Assembly (NCBI GenBank): GCA_022707965.1
Contig: JAKIZO010000003.1
Span: 7,357 to 71,356 of the forward strand
DNA length: 64,000 nt
Direction of reading: 5' to 3'
Source of the DNA: Bacteroidota bacterium
Lineage (GTDB): Bacteria; Bacteroidota; Ignavibacteria; Kapaibacteriales; UBA2268
This document shows, one piece after another, positions 19,516-27,024 of the stretch; within the stretch, counting starts at the first letter, position 1, and each line of letters opens with the position of its first letter. Both the position numbers and the translations under genes were made by a program. Under the pieces are notes generated by a model. That model searched no databases and had not been told where the DNA came from. It worked only from the letters and a program-made list of their open reading frames with translations.

Positions 19516-20524
19516 TTTTCAAGAAATTTGTAAAAGTTTTGCCACCTTCGCTTATTGCCATAGTAATTGGAAATACAAGAAGTTTCAATCCATAATGATC
19601 AAATCTATCTACAAATTTGAGTAATTTCACTGCATCTTTCTCAGTCAGTGCAATAAAACGTGAATTATTGTTTTCTGCAAAGCGTCTTATTTTTTCAATA
19701 TCGTTTCTATCATAATAATAATGGTCACTAAAATTCAGATAATTTACAAGGTTATATTCTAATTTTTTCACCATTTCATAAAATCTATAAGGTTTTGCAA
19801 TCCCCGCAATAGCAACAATTCTTTCTTTTTTCCTTATCTTTTCAATTTCTTCAAAGTCGCTTTTAATATTGCCTAATATATAAGGCAATCCATTTTGAAC
19901 AGTTACTTTAATGAAAATTGTATCCTGATTCATATATTGTTTTAATTCATCGGTTATTTTTGCCCCGCTCGTCAAACACACGACATTTGCTCGGTTTAGC
20001 GATTCTAAGGGCTCGCGAAGCAATCCTTTCGGCAGCAAATAAGGTTTTTCAAGTGTTTCTCTGTCTATAAGTACAATATCGATATTTCTTATTAATGCTC
20101 TATGCTGAAATCCATCATCTACAACTATGCAATCTATATCAAATCTTCTCTCTGCCGACAATGCTGCTTCCACTTTCGATTCATTTGCAATTACTGGCAC
20201 CTTAAGCTTTCTTGCAAGCAAAACCAATTCGTCTCCACCTTCCCGAGCATCTACCAACACTTTTTTCCCATCGCATATAATTATTTCGCCTTTTGATTGC
20301 CTTTTATATCCACGTCCAATAATTGCGGGCTTTTTCCCTATTGATTGTAATTGTTTTACCAGTAGTTCCTCAAATGGTGTTTTGCCTGTGCCGCCAACCG
20401 AAAGATTGCCAACACTGATTACGGGAATAGAAATTTTCGTCGAAAGATGTTCCTCGCGGTCATACCTTCGATTTCGATATTTAACGATTTTCCCGTATAC
20501 TTTTGAAAAAAAATCTGTAATCAT
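19502..20524 (-). CDS. lpxK: Tetraacyldisaccharide 4'-kinase
   Basis: 340 aa with P-loop GNLSVGGTGKTP and LpxK-typical length and layout. Confidence 0.9.
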   Translation of the reverse strand: MITDFFSKVYGKIVKYRNRRYDREEHLSTKISIPVISVGNLSVGGTGKTPFEELLVKQLQSIGKKPAIIGRGYKRQSKGEIIICDGKKVLVDAREGGDELVLLARKLKVPVIANESKVEAALSAERRFDIDCIVVDDGFQHRALIRNIDIVLIDRETLEKPYLLPKGLLREPLESLNRANVVCLTSGAKITDELKQYMNQDTIFIKVTVQNGLPYILGNIKSDFEEIEKIRKKERIVAIAGIAKPYRFYEMVKKLEYNLVNYLNFSDHYYYDRNDIEKIRRFAENNNSRFIALTEKDAVKLLKFVDRFDHYGLKLLVFPITMAISEGGKTFTNFLKIKLG

Positions 20525-20525
20525 T

Positions 20526-21119
20526 TCAGCTAATAGAATTTATTGTTTTTTCAATCTGGACTATTTTTTCGGCTACTTCTTCTCTCGAAAGCTCTTTCGG
20601 AATATACTGCTTTTCAGAAATTACTATTCTTATTCTTGAAAAAGGTAGTGGTAAAATAAATTTGTCCCAACTTCGCTTGAATACAAATTTTCCGCTAACG
20701 AATGCACGAACAAGATACAACGGGGCTTCACTGCGATATGCTATTATTGCTGCCCCATTTTTAAATTTGCGCGTTGGACCACGTGGTCCATCTGGTGTTA
20801 TGAAAATACTCGCGTTTTTAGATAATTCAGTTGCTCTCTCCAACACGTCTTTGCTGTTTTTTGAGGAAGAACCACGTATTAGAGAATAGTTCCACTTCTC
20901 CAATAGCTCAGCTAATACCTGCCCATCTTTGCTCAGACTTACTACTGCATATTTTTTATCCAGCTTTCGGGAAAAAAACTTCCATATTGGTAGCATCTCT
21001 CCGTGCCAGAAAGCAAATACTGCGGGAATGTCGTCGCACTCTCCAAATACTCTAATTCTCCAGGTTGAGCTAATAAGTGTGAGTAATCTGTGCAGTATTA
21101 TTTTTGTAATTGTCTTCAT
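20526..21119 (-). CDS. DUF374-domain (lysophospholipid acyltransferase-like) protein
   Basis: 197 aa with FAFWHGEMLP and ITPDGPRGP motifs typical of DUF374. It lies 1 nt upstream of lpxK, the usual LPS-core neighbourhood. Confidence 0.8.
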   Translation of the reverse strand: MKTITKIILHRLLTLISSTWRIRVFGECDDIPAVFAFWHGEMLPIWKFFSRKLDKKYAVVSLSKDGQVLAELLEKWNYSLIRGSSSKNSKDVLERATELSKNASIFITPDGPRGPTRKFKNGAAIIAYRSEAPLYLVRAFVSGKFVFKRSWDKFILPLPFSRIRIVISEKQYIPKELSREEVAEKIVQIEKTINSIS

Positions 21120-21120
21120 A

Positions 21121-21164
21121 AAAATAAAAAATGCCTTCCAAAATACAACTCGAAAGGCATTTTT
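21121..21164 (-). terminator. Intrinsic terminator downstream of rpmG
   Basis: On the minus strand the stem is AATGCCTT / AAGGCATT with flanking A/T extension, followed by TTTTTATTTT. The U-tract ends 1 nt before the DUF374 start codon. Confidence 0.65.
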
Positions 21165-21182
21165 ACATCAAATTTCGTAAAA

Positions 21183-21362
21183 TTACTTAATTTCTCTGTG
21201 AATAGTGTGACGTCTCAAAAAAGGATTGTATTTTTTGAGCTCCAGTCTCTCTGGTGTATTTTGCTTATTCTTTGTTGTTGTGTATCTCGAAGCTGGTTTC
21301 CCCTCAGCTTTTGCCTCAGTGCATTCGAGCGTAATCATAAATCTTTGTTCTTTTTTTGCCAT
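21183..21362 (-). CDS. rpmG: 50S ribosomal protein L33
   Basis: [59 protein letters not shown] is the Bacteroidota-type L33 pattern. The MAKK start at 21362 is preferred. Confidence 0.93.
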   Translation of the reverse strand: MAKKEQRFMITLECTEAKAEGKPASRYTTTKNKQNTPERLELKKYNPFLRRHTIHREIK

Positions 21363-21468
21363 TTCCAAACTCCATTTTACAATTATAGTAATTACAAAAT
21401 TAACGATATATTACTTATTTTCAAAATTTCTTTTTACGCTCGAATGATTTCTTGTCAGATTTTCACTA

Positions 21469-22668
21469 TTAGCAACCGCCTGATTTTTTCTTCGGTTTTG
21501 CGTCTGTGCTTTGTCCACTGCGTGAGTATTTTGTTTCGAGCATTTGTAATTTTTCGGGTGCAGATGTAATGAAATTTAAATAAGCAACCTGGTGCAAATC
21601 GTTTTGATTGATTTCCTTAGGCTTGTTTTGAAATTGTGCCCAAAAACCTTCCAATCCACCTCGAAGAGCCACTGTTCTGTGATTACCAATTTCATTGGCA
21701 AAAGCAACTGCCTTGCTTGATAGTATTCCTTGGCCATCAACAAACACGATTGTTTTCGGAATTTTCTTGATAAAATTCTGATTTTCTCTATAAAACAACT
21801 CATCGAAAGGAATTTGTTTCGAACCAGGTATAGTCTTGTATCTTTTGTCGCTTCTATCTCGCAAATCAACGACCAGCAATGAATTATCTTCATCAATTAC
21901 TCTAAAAGCAAACTCTAATGGGTCAATTTGCCTAATTCCCTTATCCTGAACAATTCCCTCTATTTTATTTTGTAAATATACTTCCCTCGTCGGTAAAAAT
22001 GTAAGAATAAGTGATACAGCAATAAAAGCAAATCCAAATAATAATGGTTTATTTTCAGGCAATTCAAAAAACTTTTTGCTATGTGTGCTGATATTATTTA
22101 CTTTTCTTTCTATCTTTGATGTGATAATAAATGCAACAAACGCCATCAAAGTAAAACCTAAAGCAATAATTCCAGGATTTACATTTAATAATTTATCTAT
22201 ACGCAATTCTCCATAGTCGAAGCCAAGATAAATATCTTTGAAGTATGGATATAATTCTGCAAAAACAAAAACTCCTAATATTCCCCCAACAATAAATACT
22301 ATTGCATCTATTTTCCCAATTGATGCACCTGCAAAACTTGTTCCCGGGCAATATCCTCCAATAATAAATCCCGCACCCATTATTATTCCGCCAATTATAG
22401 CCGAATATAGAAAAGTCGGATTAATAAATAACATATTCCAATCTACTATCCCCAAAAAACTCAACACAATTATTCCAATCATTGCAGTTACACCCGCAGT
22501 AAAAAATACTCTCAATACTGTAAAATCATAACCATAGAACAATCCTGCAAGCTTTCTTGACGACGAGAACCCCGCCTGCTCAAGAATAAATCCGAAGAAA
22601 AATCCGATTATCAAAGCAACAATCAAATTCAATTCGTTGCTGATTATGTCAGGAACAAATGGACCCAT
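21469..22668 (-). CDS. YeeE/YedE-family (Sulf_transp) membrane protein fused to a C-terminal rhodanese-like domain
   Basis: 399 aa. The conserved loop GGYCPGTS sits in the N-terminal multi-TM half. Residues of about 240-345 form a rhodanese fold (LVVDLRD..., IVFVDGQGILS, LRGGLEGF) with Asp where the catalytic Cys is expected. Confidence 0.8.
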   Translation of the reverse strand: MGPFVPDIISNELNLIVALIIGFFFGFILEQAGFSSSRKLAGLFYGYDFTVLRVFFTAGVTAMIGIIVLSFLGIVDWNMLFINPTFLYSAIIGGIIMGAGFIIGGYCPGTSFAGASIGKIDAIVFIVGGILGVFVFAELYPYFKDIYLGFDYGELRIDKLLNVNPGIIALGFTLMAFVAFIITSKIERKVNNISTHSKKFFELPENKPLLFGFAFIAVSLILTFLPTREVYLQNKIEGIVQDKGIRQIDPLEFAFRVIDEDNSLLVVDLRDRSDKRYKTIPGSKQIPFDELFYRENQNFIKKIPKTIVFVDGQGILSSKAVAFANEIGNHRTVALRGGLEGFWAQFQNKPKEINQNDLHQVAYLNFITSAPEKLQMLETKYSRSGQSTDAKPKKKSGGC

Positions 22669-22681
22669 TTATCTTTCTCCT

Positions 22682-23200
22682 CTATATCCACAATTTTCTA
22701 AAAATATATGCCAGAGCATACGCAGTGGCAAAAATTGCAAGCATTGTAAGCACTCCACCAGCTGAAAGCACCGCCATTCCGCTTAACGCCGCACCACTTG
22801 TGCAGCCACGTCCAAATTGTGCCCCCAGCCCAAACAACATTCCACCGAATAATGCCGCAATCAAACGTGTTCGTGATTTAATTTTTGGATTATGCTCTAC
22901 CTTCCAGGTAAGTCTATTTGCTACAAGTCCCGATACAAACGCCCCAACTATCACTCCTAAAATTTCGAATACAAGCCAGTTTTTTAACACACCTTCATTG
23001 TGTGATGCAACATATTCTTTGTAGAATTCTGCATTTTTTGCATGTGTCGGAGCAACTGTCTCAACTCCTGCAACTACAACGCTTTTTATTGCACCGCTTG
23101 CTCCCAACCCACGCCCCGTTACAACAAAAGTTACCAGAAGCAGCAATCCCAATAAAAATCCCGCCAGATATGGATTCATATAGTTATTTTGAGTTTTCAT
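22682..23200 (-). CDS. YeeE/YedE-family (Sulf_transp) membrane protein, half-size
   Basis: 172 aa with GRGLGASGA and GRGCTSGAALSG loops typical of sulfur-transport half-proteins. The start could be 23200 or ATG 23179. Confidence 0.8.
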   Translation of the reverse strand: MKTQNNYMNPYLAGFLLGLLLLVTFVVTGRGLGASGAIKSVVVAGVETVAPTHAKNAEFYKEYVASHNEGVLKNWLVFEILGVIVGAFVSGLVANRLTWKVEHNPKIKSRTRLIAALFGGMLFGLGAQFGRGCTSGAALSGMAVLSAGGVLTMLAIFATAYALAYIFRKLWI

Positions 23201-23822
23201 CTTTCACCTCTTCATTTTCTTCTTCTAATTCTTCATAACCTGTAATCATTGCTTTTAAGTTAGATGTAATAGTTTGTCCCGTGGTAATTAAATATAAATG
23301 TGCTATTACAAACGCGACCAACAGAAATGCACCTATTGTGTGCCAATAGGCAATTGTGCTTAAATTATTAATAGTGATTTTTATCCCTGTTTCACCTTGT
23401 GGAAATCTATAAAACAAGTATAATATGCCCGTAGTTATCATAAGCGGAAATAGCACGATTTTCAGTCCCAAATACACAAGTCTTTGCAAAGGATTTATCT
23501 TGCTTAATACTGTTTTTCTCACAGGATGCGGTGCATTTTGGAATATACCCGTAATGTAGTAACGTATTTGTTTGTTGATATTTTCAAGTGTTGGTATGTA
23601 TTGCCTCCATTCGCCCGTTGCAAAATGCCAGAATATTGCAAAGATAATTAGTACTATTAATGAATATGCTGCAATAATGTGTAGTTTTACTGCCTGCTCA
23701 AAACCAAAAAAACTAAAAGAACCGTGTACTTCAAATCCTGTAAATCCAAGAAAGAACACTAAAAATGCTTGCGCCCAATGCCAAAATCTTTCAAATCCTC
23801 GATAAATATATACTTTTTTCAT
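23184..23822 (-). CDS. Cytochrome b (PF01292 Ni/Fe-hydrogenase / thiosulfate-reductase b-type subunit family)
   Basis: 212 aa with 4 TM helices. The start RGFERFWHWAQA, with conserved His residues in TM helices, is typical of this family. Acidic C-terminal tail. Confidence 0.8.
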   Translation of the reverse strand: MKKVYIYRGFERFWHWAQAFLVFFLGFTGFEVHGSFSFFGFEQAVKLHIIAAYSLIVLIIFAIFWHFATGEWRQYIPTLENINKQIRYYITGIFQNAPHPVRKTVLSKINPLQRLVYLGLKIVLFPLMITTGILYLFYRFPQGETGIKITINNLSTIAYWHTIGAFLLVAFVIAHLYLITTGQTITSNLKAMITGYEELEEENEEVKDENSK

Positions 23823-23824
23823 TG

Positions 23825-25399
23825 CTATTTGTCTCCTTTATGATTTTTCTTTTTTCTTAGATAAATAATTCTTGTCCCACCGTGAGCAACAACCCCAAAA
23901 ACAACAGCCAGAATTAACGCAATTCCAATATTGTCTATCCAGATATTCCTATCTCTTCCAGGAAGATACACATCGTTAATTGTTTTCAATCGACTGTCAT
24001 TTCTTGTATGGCAATCAACGCACTTCAATGAATGTTCTTTGGGAGAAACCATATGATTTAATAGCCAATACATTTCAGTTTCGACAAATCCATATTTCCC
24101 GCTCCATTCAAGATTTGCGTATTTCATTCCCGTATCAATTGCTTTCGCCCAATCAAAATCTTTCCAAAATGCACCTTTTCCATCTTCCTTATCCCATAAT
24201 TTTGGTGAAACAAGTCTGTTGTAAACAGGGTCGTATGGCTGAATTGTTCTCATTATTTTAACTGGATATATCTTTGAGTTCATATCGTAGTAACTTGCAT
24301 TGAATTCGTTTAATTTAACAGGCACTTGTTTTATGGTATCTCCGAATAAATAATGTGTTGCTGTGCCCTTGAACCAAACATACTCTGGTGTTAAATTGCT
24401 TTCCCAGCGAATTTCGCCCTTTTCCGAAAGATAAATATCGTTTCCTTGTTCGTTATCAATTTTATATGGTTTGCCATCTTTGAGTTTTCCTGCTTTCGAC
24501 CAATCCCAAAATGTTTTGGTTTGATTTACTTTGGCATAAGTAGGAATGTGGCAAGTCTGGCAAGCAACTTTTGTCGTATGTTCATTGATAATACTTTCGC
24601 TGTGAGGTGCATCGCTGTGGCAATCTTCGCAAAGAAGACGATTTCTGTTCATTGATGCGACTGTATATAGCCTACCTTTGATATTATGATTTTCCGCTTT
24701 ATGGCAATCTACACATTCGAAATTCGCACCATCACGTGCTAAATGAACGTCTACTTCACGATTTGCTGTATACAATGCTTCTTCCAAATCCCCGTGTTTA
24801 GAATTATTCCCGCCACCACCATTAAAATGGCAATATCCACAATTATCCATCTTTGGTCGACCAACGCTTTGAGCAATCTTTGTGAAATCTAAGTTTGATT
24901 TTGGGTACCCCGCTGCCTCCTTTTCTTTTTCGTATAATCCCGAATTATCGTGGCAGGAAAGGCAATCAATGTTTTCTGCTTTGGTGAAATCGAAATTCTT
25001 GCTATCATAACCATAGCCAATATGACACCTATTGCAACTTCCTTCACTTCCGCCAATAGATATACAATGATTGTTGATAGCGTTACGCTTGCCGAGTGAA
25101 ATAATCCCTCTTCCTTCCATATACTCGTCTATCAGCCAACGCCAATGCGATGTTGCCATTACCTCAATATCACGTTTATTATGGCAACTAATGCAGGTTT
25201 TTGTAACATCTTGTGGGCGTTCAAACTTCTTATTCAATTCAGCGAATTTGCTGTGGTCAACTGACGGTTTCTTCTTTTGCTGCATTGACTGTTTCAACAA
25301 TTCTAATTTTGTTGGCTTATATTCAGGTTCAAAAAACAATAAGTAAACTATTAATACTGGCAGCAAAAAAATAAGAATTAATCCAATTGTTTTTTTCAT
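23825..25399 (-). CDS. Octaheme c-type cytochrome, tetrathionate-reductase (Otr) family, with N- and C-terminal membrane anchors
   Basis: Exactly eight CxxCH motifs (CISCH, CNRCH, CLSCH, CGYCH, CVDCH, CEDCH, CQTCH, CVDCH). Start taken at MKKTIGLILIF (ATG 25399). C-terminal TM segment IWIDNIGIALILAVVFGVVAHG. Confidence 0.8.
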   Translation of the reverse strand: MKKTIGLILIFLLPVLIVYLLFFEPEYKPTKLELLKQSMQQKKKPSVDHSKFAELNKKFERPQDVTKTCISCHNKRDIEVMATSHWRWLIDEYMEGRGIISLGKRNAINNHCISIGGSEGSCNRCHIGYGYDSKNFDFTKAENIDCLSCHDNSGLYEKEKEAAGYPKSNLDFTKIAQSVGRPKMDNCGYCHFNGGGGNNSKHGDLEEALYTANREVDVHLARDGANFECVDCHKAENHNIKGRLYTVASMNRNRLLCEDCHSDAPHSESIINEHTTKVACQTCHIPTYAKVNQTKTFWDWSKAGKLKDGKPYKIDNEQGNDIYLSEKGEIRWESNLTPEYVWFKGTATHYLFGDTIKQVPVKLNEFNASYYDMNSKIYPVKIMRTIQPYDPVYNRLVSPKLWDKEDGKGAFWKDFDWAKAIDTGMKYANLEWSGKYGFVETEMYWLLNHMVSPKEHSLKCVDCHTRNDSRLKTINDVYLPGRDRNIWIDNIGIALILAVVFGVVAHGGTRIIYLRKKKNHKGDK

Positions 25400-25402
25400 A
25401 AT

Positions 25403-25454
25403 AACAAACCATATTACTTTCACGTTATATAACGCAAAAGTAATATGGTTTGTT
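25403..25454 (-). promoter_or_regulatory. Perfect 18-bp inverted repeat (leader hairpin or operator) abutting the octaheme cytochrome start codon
   Basis: AACAAACCATATTACTTT (25403-25420) and AAAGTAATATGGTTTGTT (25437-25454) are exact reverse complements. The 16-nt spacer contains the palindrome CGTTATATAACG. Confidence 0.6.
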
Positions 25455-25558
25455 GAGATAAGCAAATATATGAACAAAAATTAATTGATATTTGGTTACC
25501 AATTAATCGTTTAGTCTGTGCTAATTGGTGATTGAATAAATTATATTATTAAATATTA

Positions 25559-26710
25559 TTAAATAAAGAAAACATAAAATAGATAAGCTGCTACTGCATA
25601 TCGAAATACTAATTTAGGATACTTGTGTTGATTAATAACCTGCTCGTAAAGATACACAATTGCTAATGTTGCACCAATTACAAATAATGCAGCCAAAATC
25701 GAGTATTCCAGCGATAACTGGGAACGGAAATACTTTGCTAATCCCGCAGAAATAGGGGAACCATAGATGAGCATTAAATGAATAACGTATATATAAATTG
25801 CTCTCTTGCCGAACATCGAGTAATATTTGCCCAAAGGTTTGGTCAAGTTATAGAGATATGTCATTAATGAGATAATAGTCAAGACTAAGCCAATGCGAAT
25901 GAAGAAAAATCCAGGATTTACTCTCATCACATCAATAAAAGGAACGCTTACTTTGCTAAATAGCATCATCATCGGATAACCAATTATTATAGTAGGCAAG
26001 CCAATTTTCCAGCAAGTTTTCATCAAAAAATCATTACGCTTTTCACGCTCAATGTTTTGCAACCATACACCAAATGAAGCACCGAATAGCAAATATGCTG
26101 AAAAAGGAAATACAGGAAATAAAGAACCGTGTTCGGAAGACAAATATGCAGCAAAAAATTCAGGTAAATAATCAAACCAATGTACCTTATGAACAAATGG
26201 TGAGGCAAATACTATTATGAACGCCAGAATTAATGATAAATAACCAAGTGTCTTATTATTTTTAGTAATAATAAAAAGTGTAAGTAGTAAAAGCAAAGAT
26301 ACACTAAATAACTGCAAAATATTAACACTGAAAAAGGTTATCCAAGTATCTTCGCTGACAAATTGTAAATCATACACTCTTGCAGCTGGGAAAACAAGCA
26401 GATAACCAATCAACATCAACATTAATGCAATCTTTATCCTTTTCCATACAATATTTCTACCCAGAGAACCATCTTCTAAACGCTTGTTTGCAAAAATATG
26501 CACTGCACCGGAAATAAATAAAAACGTTGGTGCTGTCAGACCTCTTATGAATTGCCAAACACTCCAACCAAAAGTAGAATAATCTATTGTGTTAGGGCTT
26601 GCAAGCTCATAAATAACGTGCCCCTGCATCATCATTATCATTGCGAAGAAACGGGTGAAATCAAGAGCTGTGAGCCTACTGCTTGAATTATTATTACTTA
26701 TATTCATCAT
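25559..26710 (-). CDS. Acyltransferase-3 / DUF1624 (heparan-alpha-glucosaminide N-acetyltransferase-like) membrane protein
   Basis: 383 aa with about 10 TM helices. N-terminal RLTALDFTRFFAMIMMMQGH motif typical of this family. Confidence 0.65.
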   Translation of the reverse strand: MMNISNNNSSSRLTALDFTRFFAMIMMMQGHVIYELASPNTIDYSTFGWSVWQFIRGLTAPTFLFISGAVHIFANKRLEDGSLGRNIVWKRIKIALMLMLIGYLLVFPAARVYDLQFVSEDTWITFFSVNILQLFSVSLLLLLTLFIITKNNKTLGYLSLILAFIIVFASPFVHKVHWFDYLPEFFAAYLSSEHGSLFPVFPFSAYLLFGASFGVWLQNIEREKRNDFLMKTCWKIGLPTIIIGYPMMMLFSKVSVPFIDVMRVNPGFFFIRIGLVLTIISLMTYLYNLTKPLGKYYSMFGKRAIYIYVIHLMLIYGSPISAGLAKYFRSQLSLEYSILAALFVIGATLAIVYLYEQVINQHKYPKLVFRYAVAAYLFYVFFI

Positions 26711-26880
26711 TTAATAAATGATAATTTTTAAACTAACAAAGTTAGTTATTTTTTCTTGCATTTAAAAGAAAAATCAACTTCTAATTTTTATTTATTACAA
26801 TTACTTATGACGAATTCATTGAATAACAATTTTCTTATTCAAAAAAATAATATTTTTAATTATCATTCGTTATAAAACTG

Positions 26881-26967
26881 TTCCGTTGGAGGTGCTAATA
26901 CAATAGTATTGGCTGAGAGAAAACTCCTTGAACCTGATCCGGATAATACCGGCGTAGGGAAACGGAA
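26881..26967 (+). promoter_or_regulatory. TPP (THI-box) riboswitch aptamer
   Basis: P1 is TTCCGTT / AACGGAA. Conserved cores GGAGGTGC, GGCTGAGA and AACCTGATCCGGATAATACCGGCGTAGGGAA match the TPP riboswitch consensus almost base for base. It lies 58 nt upstream of the TonB-dependent receptor ORF. Confidence 0.92.
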
Positions 26968-27024
26968 ACCGCAAAGGCTTCTTCCCCGAGTTTCTCTCAA
27001 ATTTGTTCTCCATCGGAAAAGCTT

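Noticed and set aside
21183-21362. L33 lacking the CxxC...CxxC zinc ribbon (C-minus form), considered as a possible Zur-regulated alternative paralogue.
   Set aside because: The sequence matches the standard Bacteroidota-type L33, which is naturally Cys-poor. Nothing indicates a paralogue switch.
25400-25477. The N-terminal extension of the octaheme cytochrome ORF (MFIYLLISTNHITFALYNVKVIWFVI...).
   Set aside because: The extension is encoded by the 18-bp inverted repeat itself. The internal MKKTIGLILIF start gives a normal signal-anchor.
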